A DNA stretch of 64,000 nt from contig CAXXLX010000001.1 of the NCBI GenBank assembly GCA_963665235.2, forward strand, positions 352,001 to 416,000, in the 5' to 3' direction. Within the stretch, counting starts at the first letter, position 1; each line of letters begins with the position of its first letter. The position numbers and the translations under genes are program-made. Positions 50,147 to 60,617 of this stretch are shown here, in pieces. Source of the stretch: Candidatus Poribacteria bacterium. Its GTDB lineage: Bacteria; Poribacteria; WGA-4E; WGA-3G. Under the pieces are notes generated by a model. It was not told where the DNA came from. It ran no database searches and saw only the letters and a program-made list of their open reading frames with translations.

Positions 50147-50574
50147 TACCATTTTTATTAATTATTCTATCATTACCGGTTGTTAGAAATCAAACGGAGA
50201 ACGGAAGACACAAACTGGAAGTTTATGCTACAAGAAAGTGCACAAACTGGAAGTTTATGCTACAAGAAAGTGCACAAACTGGAAGTTTATGCTACAAGAA
50301 AGTGCACAAACTGGAAGTTTATGCTACAAGAAAGTGCACAAACTGGAAGTTTATGCTACAAGAAAGTGCACAAACTGGAAGTTTATGCTACAAGAAAGTG
50401 CACAAACTGGAAGTTTATGCTACAAGAAAGTGCACAAACTGGAAGTTTATGCTACAAGAAAGTGCACAAACAATGCTACAAGAAAGTGCACAAACTGGAA
50501 GTTTATGCTACAAGAAAGTGCACAAACTGGAAGTTTATGCTACAAGAAAGAGACATTTCCAATTAGAAATGGTA
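50147..50574 (+). mobile_element. TACC-ended MITE-like element, copy 2 (complete)
   Basis: TIRs TACCATTTTTA / TAGAAATGGTA; TAA on both sides. Confidence 0.8.
50209..50550. repeat. Tandem array of 11 REP-like units (32-bp period)
   Basis: cacaaactggaagtttatgctacaagaaagtg at 50209, 50241 ... 50521; unit 9 (50465-50488) is 8 bp shorter. Confidence 0.97.
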
Positions 50575-50646
50575 TAAGTTCAGGCGAGCTGGAGATGGAA
50601 CCTCCGGCACCGACAAAACGTTCATGCAAAAAAGGAACGATTTTTG

Positions 50647-51573
50647 ATGAAAAGGAACGAAAATATACCGACTGCCCTATCGAATTTACCCGAGGGAGCC
50701 AAAGCACGTCTCGGTAAAGGGCACATAACTGGGGATATCGTGTACTCCCCGGATGGTGCCCGTTTGGGCGTAGCAGGTGCTATCGGTATTTGGGTCTACG
50801 ACGCGAAAACCTATCAAGAGTTAACCCTACTTGTAGGACATACGCATTCTGTCTTCAGCGTAGCGTTCAGTCCGGATGGGCAGACACTTGTAAGTGGAAG
50901 TCGGGACAGCACTATCTGTTTGTGGGACACAAAAACAGGCGAACATAAACACACACTCGAAGGACACACCTCTGGGGTTTATAGTGTAACGTTCAGTCCA
51001 GATGGAAAAACAGTAGCAAGTGGCGGTTACGATAAAACTATTCGCTTATGGAACGCAAAAACAGGCGAACACAAGAAAACACTCACTGGACATACGTCCG
51101 ATGTAGAAAGCGTAACGTTCAGTCCAGATGGACAAACAGTAGCAAGCGGGAGTTATGACAAAACTATCCGGTTATGGGATGTCGCAACGGGAAAACACAA
51201 GAAAACACTCACTGGACATGCGTATGATATCCATAGCGTAGCATTCAGTCCGGATGGACAAACAGTAGCAAGTGGGAGCCATGATAAAACTATCCGTTTA
51301 TGGGATGTCGCAACGGGAAAACACAAAAAAACACTCAACGGACATACATCTGGGGTCAATAGTGTAACGTTCAGTCCAGATGGAGTGACGCTCGCAAGTG
51401 GGAGTCACGACAAAACTGTCCGTTTATGGGATGTGGCAACAGGAGAACACAAGAAAACACTCAACGGACATACGTCCGATGTCTTCAGCATAACGTTCAG
51501 TCCGGATGGGTTGACGGTTGCAAGTGGAAGCTCTGATGGTACAGTGTTGCTGTGGCACATCACACCTACTTAA
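50647..51573 (+). CDS. WD40-repeat protein
   Basis: LPEGAKARLGKG cap; 42-aa GH...SV.FSPDG...ASGS.DKTIRLWD repeats. Confidence 0.95.
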   Translation: MKRNENIPTALSNLPEGAKARLGKGHITGDIVYSPDGARLGVAGAIGIWVYDAKTYQELTLLVGHTHSVFSVAFSPDGQTLVSGSRDSTICLWDTKTGEHKHTLEGHTSGVYSVTFSPDGKTVASGGYDKTIRLWNAKTGEHKKTLTGHTSDVESVTFSPDGQTVASGSYDKTIRLWDVATGKHKKTLTGHAYDIHSVAFSPDGQTVASGSHDKTIRLWDVATGKHKKTLNGHTSGVNSVTFSPDGVTLASGSHDKTVRLWDVATGEHKKTLNGHTSDVFSITFSPDGLTVASGSSDGTVLLWHITPT

Positions 51574-51665
51574 CCCAGAGACGTGGATATCCCACATACT
51601 TTAACAGAAGAAGGGAAACCGAATTCAGGCAGCTTTCAAACTGCCGAAATTGGTTAAAGAAAAAT

Positions 51666-52511
51666 ATGGTACTCGGAGCACATGTTTCCACTGCGGGTGG
51701 TATACATAACGCTATCAAAAATGGCGATGAACTCGACTGCAACGCAATTCAAATTTTTCTGGCAAACCCAAACCGTTGGGAATCAAAGCCGCCCACGGCG
51801 GAGGTCATCGAAAAATTTGGGAGGGGTTGGACAGATTCGTCTATTCAGGACGTGATTGTTCACGATATTCATCTCAGTAATATGGCATCTCCGAAGCAGG
51901 ATGTGTTAGAAAAATCGCGTCAACAGTTTAAGCGACAGATGGAACTTGCACAGACAGTCCAGATATCGTACATCGTGACGCACCTCGGCGCACACCTCGG
52001 TCAAGGTGAAACGTTCGGTTTGAATCAGTTAAGCGATAGTTTCAACTATCTGTTTGAAACGGCAGCGGCACCGGATGTTACAGTCCTGCTTGAAACGACT
52101 GCTGGACAAGGCACAAATCTCGGCTATTGCTTTGAACATTTGCGAGATATTATCGGGATGTCAAAATATCCCAATCGGTTCGGGGTCTGTTTAGATACGT
52201 GTCATGTCTTCGCTGCCGGTTACGACATACGAACCGAAACGGACTGCGAAACCATGTTTGATAGATTTGACACTATCATCGGTTTAGAAAGGTTACAGGC
52301 ATTTCATCTCAACGATGCGAAATCGGCATATCAGAGCCGCGTAGATAGACATGAACACATCGGCGAAGGAAATATCGGTACTAGAGCATTTGCTTACATC
52401 CTCAACGATTCGCGTTTTGCCGAAGTACCGCTTATCATTGAAACGCCCAATATGAACACTATGCACGGGAAAAATCTTGAAACCCTACGCAGCTTAATAA
52501 AAACAGAGTAG
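51666..52511 (+). CDS. nfo: Endonuclease IV
   Basis: GAHVS.AGG, ETTAGQG, CLDTCH.FAAG, HLND, DRHEHIG, IETP. Confidence 0.95.
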   Translation: MVLGAHVSTAGGIHNAIKNGDELDCNAIQIFLANPNRWESKPPTAEVIEKFGRGWTDSSIQDVIVHDIHLSNMASPKQDVLEKSRQQFKRQMELAQTVQISYIVTHLGAHLGQGETFGLNQLSDSFNYLFETAAAPDVTVLLETTAGQGTNLGYCFEHLRDIIGMSKYPNRFGVCLDTCHVFAAGYDIRTETDCETMFDRFDTIIGLERLQAFHLNDAKSAYQSRVDRHEHIGEGNIGTRAFAYILNDSRFAEVPLIIETPNMNTMHGKNLETLRSLIKTE

Positions 52512-52548
52512 CAGGCACGCGACACAGTGCCGTTCACGAGGTGAAAAA

Positions 52549-52731
52549 TTGCAAATCGGGCTGTTGGAGGTAGCATTTCTTCTCCTTCTCTTCTTAGGAA
52601 TAATTCTGGTATCCCGGATAGTCACACATTTACAGACAAAACGTGTTTGTCCTGATTGTGGCTTAGCAATCCGTACTTATGTAGAGAGTTGTCCGGCATG
52701 CGGACGCAATTTTTCAACAAAAACCAAGTAG
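52549..52731 (+). CDS. Small membrane protein with zinc ribbon
   Basis: TM helix then CPDCG...CPACG; GAGGTG RBS. Confidence 0.6.
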   Translation: MQIGLLEVAFLLLLFLGIILVSRIVTHLQTKRVCPDCGLAIRTYVESCPACGRNFSTKTK

Positions 52732-52767
52732 CGAATAGCAAATGGTTTCCAATAGTCAAAACACAAT

Positions 52768-54057
52768 ATGGACACAGCAAGAATTCAGGTTAAAGCAGGT
52801 AACGGTGGCAATGGCTGCATAAGTTTCCGCCGAGAGAAATATGTGCCGCGCGGGGGCCCCGATGGGGGGGATGGTGGCAAGGGTGGCAACGTCCTCCTCG
52901 TCGCTAACAGTGGGATGAGTACGCTAATTGATTTGCGGCATAATCCACGCCAAGTCGCTGAAAACGGCAAACATGGCGCAGGTAAACAGCGAGACGGTGC
53001 TGATGGTGCAGCGCGTATCGTTAAAGTACCTACCGGCACCGTCGTCAGAGATTTGCAGAGTGAGGAGCTGCTCGCCGATTTGACCGAACCGGAGCAGGCT
53101 ATCGTTGTCGCGCATGGTGGAATCGGCGGCAAAGGTAACGCCCGCTTTAAGAGTAGTACATTTCAAGTGCCACGCGTCGCGGAGAAGGGGGAACCCGGGG
53201 AAGAACGCGAGATAAGTCTAGAGGTCAAACTCATCGCAGATGTTGGCTTAGTCGGGTATCCGAACGCTGGCAAATCCACGCTCCTTGCGCGAACCTCTGC
53301 TGCAACGCCCAAAATTGCCGCCTATCCCTTTACGACGCTCATCCCGAATTTAGGCGTTGTCCGTATTGACCAGGAGCAGAATTTCGTACTTGCCGATATC
53401 CCCGGCTTGATTGAAGGTGCACACAAAGGTGCAGGCTTAGGACATCAATTTCTGCGACACATCGAACGCACTAAGATGCTAATTCATGTCATCGACCTTA
53501 GTGCTACCGATGGCAGAGACCCTATCACCGATTACGAGAAACTCAACCTTGAACTGGGCCACTACAGCACAATGTTAACGCAACTCCCGCAACTGATTGC
53601 ACTTAATAAGATAGATATGCCCGAAGCGGCGGCGAATCTCACGCGTGTCCAAGAATATTTCGGAAAACGTCCAGTTTTTCCAATCTCCGCAATTACCGGT
53701 GAAGGCATCCAGCGTCTGATGCACCAATCCTACCGGTCCTTACAACACCTAGCGGCCCGGGCACGAAAAGAGGCAGAGACAACAACACCGTTAGCGTCTG
53801 AACTCCCCCCGGAACCGAAGGCTCGGTTTGAGCTCACACAAACCGCGGAAGGGTTCATCGTTAGCGGGGCAGAACCGCGCCGCGCTGTCCTCATGACAGA
53901 TATGGAAAACGAACAAGCATTGATTCTGCTTTATAGAAAACTGAAAAAGATGGGGGTGATGAATGCCCTCAGCCGCGCAGGCGCGACCGAAGGAGACACA
54001 GTCCAGATTGATGAATTTGAGTTCACCTACAACCCAAAAGCCGTGCAAGCACGTTGA
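52768..54057 (+). CDS. obgE: GTPase Obg/CgtA
   Basis: FRREKYVP.GGPDGGDGG, GYPNAGKS, YPFTT, DIPG, NKID. Confidence 0.97.
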   Translation: MDTARIQVKAGNGGNGCISFRREKYVPRGGPDGGDGGKGGNVLLVANSGMSTLIDLRHNPRQVAENGKHGAGKQRDGADGAARIVKVPTGTVVRDLQSEELLADLTEPEQAIVVAHGGIGGKGNARFKSSTFQVPRVAEKGEPGEEREISLEVKLIADVGLVGYPNAGKSTLLARTSAATPKIAAYPFTTLIPNLGVVRIDQEQNFVLADIPGLIEGAHKGAGLGHQFLRHIERTKMLIHVIDLSATDGRDPITDYEKLNLELGHYSTMLTQLPQLIALNKIDMPEAAANLTRVQEYFGKRPVFPISAITGEGIQRLMHQSYRSLQHLAARARKEAETTTPLASELPPEPKARFELTQTAEGFIVSGAEPRRAVLMTDMENEQALILLYRKLKKMGVMNALSRAGATEGDTVQIDEFEFTYNPKAVQAR

Positions 54058-55180
54058 AACTGAACGGCGAATCCACTTAGCAGATGTCCAACGTATTGTT
54101 GTGAAGGTCGGCAGTAGCACCCTTTCTGAGGGCGCACATCTCAACGAAGCAGCCCTCGACGGGCTCGTCCACGACCTAGCCCTCGTCCAACAGACCGGTA
54201 TTGAGGTTATCCTTGTCACCTCGGGGGCAATCGCCGCCGGGTGGCCGCAACTCGGTTTTAACCAGCGACCCCTGACGTTACCCCGTCTACAAGCTTCTGC
54301 TGCTGTCGGACAAATCCGGCTAATGGCAGCTTATGAGGAACGATTTTCTCACTATGGACTACGCACCGCACACATACTGCTCACCCGCGACGATTTCTCG
54401 GACAGGGAACGTTACACACGCATGAACGATACACTGCGGACACTGCTACATCTCGGTGCAATTCCTATTATCAATGAAAATGACACCGTCGCGGTGGACG
54501 AAATTAAGGTCGGTGACAACGACACGCTTTCTGCTTATGTGACCAACCTTGCACAAGCCGAGCTACTGGTTATTCTATCCGATCAGGCGGGATTTTACAC
54601 AGCTGACCCAAGGGACAATCCGGATTCGGAATTGATTCGGACTGTCAACGTTATTTCAGAAGAACTCTGGAAAGCTGCGGGGCATGCTGGCACTGAAAGT
54701 GGCACAGGCGGGATGGTCACGAAGTTAGGTGCTGCGGAAATTGTCACCGCGTCCGGCGAGATGATGATAATCGCTTATGGACGCGAACCGCTTGTCGTCA
54801 CACGACTACTGAAAGGCGAATGTCTCGGGACGCTTTTTCTTCCGCAATCCCGTATCTCTGGAAAGAAACGTTGGATTGCCTATTCACGTCCCCCGAAAGG
54901 CAAACTTTTCGTAGATAACGGTGCACGCTCCGCGCTCGTGCAAGGCGGAAAAAGCCTATTGCCGGCAGGCATTCGACGCGTTGATGGCAATTTTGAATAT
55001 AGCGATACCGTCTCATGTCTCACCGAAAACGGCATAGAATTCGCACGCGGGTTAGTTAACTACAACGCAATTGAAACAAGACAACTTGCAGGCAAGCAGA
55101 CAACCGATATTGAGAAAATCCTCGGTTACCGAGATTACGATGAAATCATACATCGAGATAACCTCGTCCTGCTTAGTTGA
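54011..55180 (+). CDS. proB: Glutamate 5-kinase (start uncertain)
   Basis: VVKVGSS, NEND, GDND, GTGGM.TK, C-terminal PUA domain. Confidence 0.96.
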   Translation: MNLSSPTTQKPCKHVETERRIHLADVQRIVVKVGSSTLSEGAHLNEAALDGLVHDLALVQQTGIEVILVTSGAIAAGWPQLGFNQRPLTLPRLQASAAVGQIRLMAAYEERFSHYGLRTAHILLTRDDFSDRERYTRMNDTLRTLLHLGAIPIINENDTVAVDEIKVGDNDTLSAYVTNLAQAELLVILSDQAGFYTADPRDNPDSELIRTVNVISEELWKAAGHAGTESGTGGMVTKLGAAEIVTASGEMMIIAYGREPLVVTRLLKGECLGTLFLPQSRISGKKRWIAYSRPPKGKLFVDNGARSALVQGGKSLLPAGIRRVDGNFEYSDTVSCLTENGIEFARGLVNYNAIETRQLAGKQTTDIEKILGYRDYDEIIHRDNLVLLS

Positions 55181-55195
55181 ACTGAAAGGAATATT

Positions 55196-56458
55196 ATGAG
55201 CCAAGATATACAAAAAATGATCCAAACAAAAGCCCGAAAAGCAAAATCGGCGATGCGCGTTTTGTCACGCAGCTCCGTCGATGTCCGAAATAACGCGCTC
55301 TTAGCGATGGCCGAAAGCCTCCGCAGTGCCAAAGACAGAATTCAGGAAGCGAACCGTATCGACCTTGACACCGGAGAAAAAACGGGGCTGGCGGCCCCGC
55401 TCATGCAACGGCTCCTGATAGATGATAAAAAGATTGACCGGATGGTGGATAACCTCCGGCAGGTCGCCGCACTGCCTGACCCGATTGGTGCTGTTATCAG
55501 CATGGGGGAACGGCCCAACGGTCTGAAAATCGGCACGGTCCGTGTACCGATTGGGGTGGTCGGAGTCGTCTATGAATCGCGGCCTGATGTGACCGTGGAG
55601 GTGTCCGCGCTTTGCATCAAATCTGGAAACGGTGTTATCCTTCGAGGCGGCTCCGAAGCCATTCACTCCAATACTGCGCTCGCTCAGATTCTTAGCGACA
55701 CCGCTGCAGTTGAAGGCGTAACAGATGCTATTCAGTTCGTTGATACCACCGACCGGCAGGCAGTTTATGAACTCATCCGCCTCCCGGAATATATCGACTT
55801 GGTCATTCCACGCGGCAGCAACGAATTCGTGCAATTTTTGATGCGGGAGTCTGAAGTTCCAGTGCTAGGGCATGCCGATGGTATCTGTCATATTTACGTT
55901 GACGAAGCCGCTGAACTTGACATGGCAACAAAACTCTGCATGAATGCGAAAGTTGGCTACAAAGTGGCTGTCTGCAACGCCGTTGAAACGCTTCTCGTTC
56001 ACAATGCAGTCGCCGAAAAATATCTGCCTGTTATTTGTGAACAGCTCCGCAAAGCAGACGTTGAAGTGCGCGGATGCGAACGCACCCGACAGATATACCC
56101 TGCAGCACACCCCGCAACTGAGCAGGACTGGCACACAGAATATCTCGATTACATTCTTTCCATCCGAGTCGTAGACGATATAGGCACAGCGATTGACCAT
56201 ATTGAAACCTACGGTTCACACCATTCGGACGCAATCATCACTGAGAGCTATACGGCAGCACAACGTTTCCTCAAAGAGGTGGATTCAGCGGCAGTTTATG
56301 TCAACGCCAGCACCGTCTTCACCGATGGCTACGAATTTGGATTAGGGGCTGAGGTAGGCATTAGCACACAGAAACTCCACTCCCGCGGCCCGATGGGTCT
56401 TGAAGGATTGACAACTTATAAGTATATTGTCTACGGAAACGGACAGGTGCGCGAGTAG
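55196..56458 (+). CDS. proA: Gamma-glutamyl phosphate reductase
   Basis: YESRP, IPRG, CNAVE, GAEVGISTQKLHSRGPMGL. Confidence 0.97.
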   Translation: MSQDIQKMIQTKARKAKSAMRVLSRSSVDVRNNALLAMAESLRSAKDRIQEANRIDLDTGEKTGLAAPLMQRLLIDDKKIDRMVDNLRQVAALPDPIGAVISMGERPNGLKIGTVRVPIGVVGVVYESRPDVTVEVSALCIKSGNGVILRGGSEAIHSNTALAQILSDTAAVEGVTDAIQFVDTTDRQAVYELIRLPEYIDLVIPRGSNEFVQFLMRESEVPVLGHADGICHIYVDEAAELDMATKLCMNAKVGYKVAVCNAVETLLVHNAVAEKYLPVICEQLRKADVEVRGCERTRQIYPAAHPATEQDWHTEYLDYILSIRVVDDIGTAIDHIETYGSHHSDAIITESYTAAQRFLKEVDSAAVYVNASTVFTDGYEFGLGAEVGISTQKLHSRGPMGLEGLTTYKYIVYGNGQVRE

Positions 56459-56474
56459 GAAGTGCCTAATCGAT

Positions 56475-56554
56475 TTGGCTATTGGCTATTGGCCAGAGAA
56501 AGAGAACTCTGACGCGCGTCAAAGCGCAGACTATAATCACAACATCTTGCTAAA
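56475..56554. repeat. Heptamer-armed intergenic repeat element (inverted relative to 9673)
   Basis: (ttggcta)n..ctctgacgcgcgtcaaa..ataatcacaacatcttgctaa. Confidence 0.75.
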
Positions 56555-56705
56555 ACGTGAGCTTGATAATAAATATCCGTTTGCTCTAAACCTTTTTCAC
56601 CGCGAAAAAAGCGGTATAATTGTAGCATAAACTTCCTAGTTTGTGCTGTTTTTTGCTAAAACTACCAGAGAACGCTGTAGGTCAAAACTTTTTTCAAACT
56701 CGCGT
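56555..56705 (-). mobile_element. 151-bp MITE, copy 2
   Basis: Reverse complement of 9783-9933 with 3 mismatches by eye; 7-bp duplication TGCTAAA. Confidence 0.85.
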
Positions 56706-56961
56706 TGCTAAAAGTCAAAGGGCTTGTAGTAGGGTGATTTATCACCCGTTCCGAAATTACCGAATTTAAAAAATTAATCTTCATTCAAGCGCGCTTACAC
56801 CTCCCCCAACTATCTGCTATTTTTAATTCTTGACATGGGAAATAAAACATGATAATGTATTTGCAATCGATAGTGAGATTTGTACTTTACTTTAAAATAC
56901 GGTGCCTTGGACAGTCCCACGCCATAGGGGAGTTCAGCATCGAGACTGGGGGAAATCACCG

Positions 56962-57834
56962 ATGCGCCCTAACAAAATTCTGATTCTGCTCTGCTTTATA
57001 GGTGTCTGTGCTGCCTTAGTCTACCTCCTCATCTGGCTAGAGGATTCTGAACGCAAAAAGGAGGCAGGTATCACCCCCAAAGTCCTTCCGTACACGCAAC
57101 TTGGAAATATTAGTAAGGTGGCCATCGCGGAATCCTCCGGGGTGACCTATCATCCGATGCGAAAAACGTTATTTGTCGTAAACGATGAGGGATACATCCA
57201 TGAAATCCGTCCGACGGGCACCGTTGTCCGAACAAAGGCGCTTCAAGAGCGGGACCTTGAGGGAATTACGGTTAATCCGGAAACCGGCTGGCTTTATGCT
57301 GCGGTTGAGGATGAGGAAGTTATTTTAGAAATTAACCCACAGACACTCACAATTCGTAGAGATTTTAAAATTAATCGTGTTTTTGAAGGCAAATCCATTT
57401 TGAAAAAGGGTGGGACTGGGATAGAGGCAATCGCTTTCGTGCCAGATGCCTCACACCCGGAAGGGGGCACTTTTTGGATTGGCAATCAATCCTTCAGCCG
57501 TAAACCGAACGGAGAGCCTTCTGTCGTATGTGAGGTGATAGTTCCGCTGCGCACATCCACAGCACAAACCGCTGAAGCCACTATCATCCGTTGTTTTGAG
57601 ATGAACTTCATGGACATCTCCGGGCTCACCTATGATTCACAGGCGGATTGTCTCGTCGTCATTAGTGATACGACAAACCTATTAGTTGAACTCAAACGGG
57701 ATGGCACCCTCCTCGGGCAATACCTGTTACTCGGAGATGACCAGGAAGGTGTCGTGTTAGATGGACTCGGCTATATGTATATTGCTCAGGAAAACGGACA
57801 AATTATAAAATTGTCCGATAGGCGGCTCCGGTAG
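56962..57834 (+). CDS. SdiA-regulated/YjiK-like beta-propeller protein
   Basis: N-terminal anchor; ESSGVTY, DLEGIT, GIEAIAF, DISGLTY, QEGV blades. Confidence 0.75.
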   Translation: MRPNKILILLCFIGVCAALVYLLIWLEDSERKKEAGITPKVLPYTQLGNISKVAIAESSGVTYHPMRKTLFVVNDEGYIHEIRPTGTVVRTKALQERDLEGITVNPETGWLYAAVEDEEVILEINPQTLTIRRDFKINRVFEGKSILKKGGTGIEAIAFVPDASHPEGGTFWIGNQSFSRKPNGEPSVVCEVIVPLRTSTAQTAEATIIRCFEMNFMDISGLTYDSQADCLVVISDTTNLLVELKRDGTLLGQYLLLGDDQEGVVLDGLGYMYIAQENGQIIKLSDRRLR

Positions 57835-57872
57835 GTTGGCAGTCGGGGCAGCTTCCCACAGAAAGGAGAGAA

Positions 57873-58484
57873 ATGATGCAAGAAAATTGTATGCGCGTAA
57901 TACTGATACTCGGTATGATTCTGCTAAACCTGATAGCTGGTTGTAACGGGGAGACAGATAAACCGCTCAGTCCAACGGAAGAAACAGAAAATCCCGAAGA
58001 TTTGCCCAGCCTATCCATAGAAGATTTGGTTGGGACGTGGGTAGTTGTATCAAAAAACGGTGAGAATTTTGAAGAAACTTTCGTGAAAGCCTTAGTAGCT
58101 GATATGCGAAACAAGTTCCAGAACGTTGAACAGAAGATTACGTTGAACAGTTGGGCTTTTGCTGAAGATGGTTCATGGACTTGGGAGCTTGGGGCAGAAA
58201 TTTTGGCTGGGGGGGAAGGTGGATTTTTCAAGTTAGGTATAAGCCTCATGCAAAAAGGACGTTTTGATGTGTCCGCTGCAACCTTTTCACTCCAAATAGA
58301 CAACGTTGCGGTTCAATTTAAACCGAAAGACTTGCTGCAATTGGCAGGACTTAAGGAGATAGTGCTTCAGGAGGCGTTGGCACAGCAAGTAATTGTACCC
58401 GCAAAGTCTACTTGGGACTTACAGGAAAATTTATTTACCTTGACAGGCGAAAATGGTGAAGAGGTGGTTCTCAGAAAACAGTAA
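57873..58484 (+). CDS. Lipoprotein, lipocalin-like
   Basis: Lipobox IAGC; LVGTW motif; AAGGAG RBS. Confidence 0.65.
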   Translation: MMQENCMRVILILGMILLNLIAGCNGETDKPLSPTEETENPEDLPSLSIEDLVGTWVVVSKNGENFEETFVKALVADMRNKFQNVEQKITLNSWAFAEDGSWTWELGAEILAGGEGGFFKLGISLMQKGRFDVSAATFSLQIDNVAVQFKPKDLLQLAGLKEIVLQEALAQQVIVPAKSTWDLQENLFTLTGENGEEVVLRKQ

Positions 58485-58517
58485 AGGGGCACTCGTTAGG
58501 AGGCCCCACGTCTTTCG

Positions 58518-58745
58518 CTACGAATCCGGTAAATTGGGTGTAACCTCGGTATCTTGAAGGCGGAGCACAACGACACCGGGCATCAAATCCAAAATAAGAT
58601 TGAGCGATGCGTACTGCTCGGCTGTGTAACCAATATCGGTTCGCCATAAGACCTGCACGTTCCCTTCGTCATAGAGAACGCCTGTGGCAAGCTTTGTACC
58701 GTCAGCATCTTCTAGGCTGAAGTTTCGGCGGCGTTTTGTGTCCAT
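58518..58745 (-). CDS. Small hypothetical protein
   Basis: 75-aa ATG ORF directly downstream of mqnD on the same strand. Confidence 0.55.
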   Translation of the reverse strand: MDTKRRRNFSLEDADGTKLATGVLYDEGNVQVLWRTDIGYTAEQYASLNLILDLMPGVVVLRLQDTEVTPNLPDS

Positions 58746-58787
58746 AACGTGTCTTCCGAAAGCATTTAGTTGCGTCCGAGATATGCG

Positions 58788-59624
58788 TCAAAGATTCACG
58801 AAATTAATATCTACCCGATGCGGAATAATCCCCGCTTCATACCCTCGGTTGAGGAGCTCATGCACTGCTGCTCTGCCTTTTTCACCGTAATCTAGGGTAT
58901 AGTGATTGACATACATTCCGACAAACTTGTCGGCGAGGTCTGTTTCCATATCACGTGCGTAGGTCATAGCGTATTCAAGCCCGCGGGCTCTATGTTCAAG
59001 CGAGTATTGAATGCTCTTCTTAAGAAGTGCGGTTATGGTTTGAATTTTCTCGGTGCCGAGGTCCCGCCGTATGACGTTTGCACCGAGTGGCAAGGGCAAG
59101 CCTGTCTCCTCATGCCACCACTCTCCTAAATCGACGACTTTGTGGAGCCCTTCGCGAGTGTATGTCAGTTGTCCTTCGTGGATAATGAGGCCTGCCTCAA
59201 CCTCTTCCTGCTGTACGGCTGCTAAGATTTGGTCGAAGGGGCGCGTCTCCGGTTCAAAATCGGGTTGGAAGAGCCGCATCGTCAGGTAGGCAGTCGTCAT
59301 TTCGCCGGGGATTGCAACGCGTTTGCCTGCCAGGGTTCGTAGGGGTTTTTTAGAAACAACTATGGGCCCGTATCTATCGCCAATACTTGCACCGCACGGC
59401 ATAAGTATGTAATTCGTTGCAATATAGGCGTAAGCGTGAACGGAGACTGCTGTGACTTCGAGCTCCGCGGCGAGCGCGCGTCGATTTAAGGTCTCAATAT
59501 CTTCAATAACATGGACAATTTCAAAAGGGTCGGTTGGCACAAGCCCCTTCGCGAGGGCATAGAACATAAAAGCGTCATCGGAGTCCGGGCTGTGTCCAAT
59601 CCGAATTTTCTCGGTCTGTGGCAT
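58788..59624 (-). CDS. mqnD: 1,4-dihydroxy-6-naphthoate synthase (futalosine pathway)
   Basis: GHSPDSDDAFMFYAL, DIETLN, PGEMTTA, IIHEGQ, LPLPLG, MYVN. Confidence 0.9.
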   Translation of the reverse strand: MPQTEKIRIGHSPDSDDAFMFYALAKGLVPTDPFEIVHVIEDIETLNRRALAAELEVTAVSVHAYAYIATNYILMPCGASIGDRYGPIVVSKKPLRTLAGKRVAIPGEMTTAYLTMRLFQPDFEPETRPFDQILAAVQQEEVEAGLIIHEGQLTYTREGLHKVVDLGEWWHEETGLPLPLGANVIRRDLGTEKIQTITALLKKSIQYSLEHRARGLEYAMTYARDMETDLADKFVGMYVNHYTLDYGEKGRAAVHELLNRGYEAGIIPHRVDINFVNL

Positions 59625-59681
59625 CCTATAATTCCTTTCAGCTATGACTGTTTTCGTTTGTTTAGCGTATCCTAACAGATT

Positions 59682-60617
59682 ATGACCGTTCAAAAATATT
59701 TATACCTCATGGCAATTCCGGACCGACTTACCGAGCTTGCAAGTGCTGAATCGGTTGCCCTAACGGGGGCATCCCCGAATGCACATGGCATTACGGTGTC
59801 AGAAACATGTGTTGACGTTCGCCGAGGGGCGTACGTCAAAAGTTGTACCCAAGTCCTGTTTGAGGCAACAAGTACTGCTGAGCTCTATGCGAAAGTCCGG
59901 GGAGCAGATTTATATGCGGACGCGTTCCGGGTGTCGATTGTTAAAAAACCGCGTTCTCTGAAAGTGGATTCAACTGCCTGTGCCCGGCAATTAGGCAGTT
60001 TTATTGGCGGTCAGCCGAATTTATCACATCCGCAGGTTGTTTTTGTTGCCGTGTTCACGCCAGAGAGGATTTGGTTTGGCCCGCGTCTTTCCGAATCGGA
60101 TGGGACGTGGGTGTCCCATAACCAGCGTCCCTATATGACATCAAGTTCACTCCCTGCGCGGCTAGCGCGTGTGCTCGTCAATTTAGTTGCATCGCCCGGG
60201 GAACGTTTGCTTGACCCGTGCTGTGGTACCGGCACAATTGTGATGGCAGCTGCCCACAGCGGTATGCAAGCGGTCGGTTACGACATCAACCCGCGCATGG
60301 TTGGCGCGACGACAAAAAATCTTCAGCATTATGGACTCACCGCTGATGTCCAACTAGCCGATGCCCGGGAGATACAAGAGCGGTTCGACGCGATTGCAAC
60401 CGATTTACCTTACGGCCTGAGTCTCGTCAAAGATACGGCCCAGGAACAGGAAATTTTGGCGAACCTACGCACACGCGCGCCGAAAACAGCACTTATTCAT
60501 ACACGCGACATGAGCCCCCTGCTAAGCGACCTAGGCTATCGGGTAGAGGCTGTTATACCGGTGCCGAAGCAAAGACTCGTCCGCCGCATATTTATCACTT
60601 CGAGCTTAGCTCAATAG
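59682..60617 (+). CDS. SAM-dependent RNA methyltransferase, Trm11-like
   Basis: DPCCGTG, GYDIN, TDLPYG; degenerate THUMP-like N-terminal part. Confidence 0.75.
   Translation: MTVQKYLYLMAIPDRLTELASAESVALTGASPNAHGITVSETCVDVRRGAYVKSCTQVLFEATSTAELYAKVRGADLYADAFRVSIVKKPRSLKVDSTACARQLGSFIGGQPNLSHPQVVFVAVFTPERIWFGPRLSESDGTWVSHNQRPYMTSSSLPARLARVLVNLVASPGERLLDPCCGTGTIVMAAAHSGMQAVGYDINPRMVGATTKNLQHYGLTADVQLADAREIQERFDAIATDLPYGLSLVKDTAQEQEILANLRTRAPKTALIHTRDMSPLLSDLGYRVEAVIPVPKQRLVRRIFITSSLAQ

Noticed and set aside
50209-50550. CRISPR array
   Set aside because: Units are head-to-tail with no unique spacers and no cas genes are present; the same applies to 13581-13700.
50590-50630. Fluoride riboswitch (GGAGATGG start)
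   Set aside because: The downstream GCT(A/G)ATGA pseudoknot partner is absent; only a simple hairpin is present.
50180-50717. Three overlapping repeat ORFs (KLEVYATR / TGSLCYK / NWKFMLQ)
   Set aside because: They arise because the 32-bp unit has no plus-strand stop codon; no RBS and they lie inside a MITE. ORFs 13525-13770 and 9860-10063 are rejected likewise.
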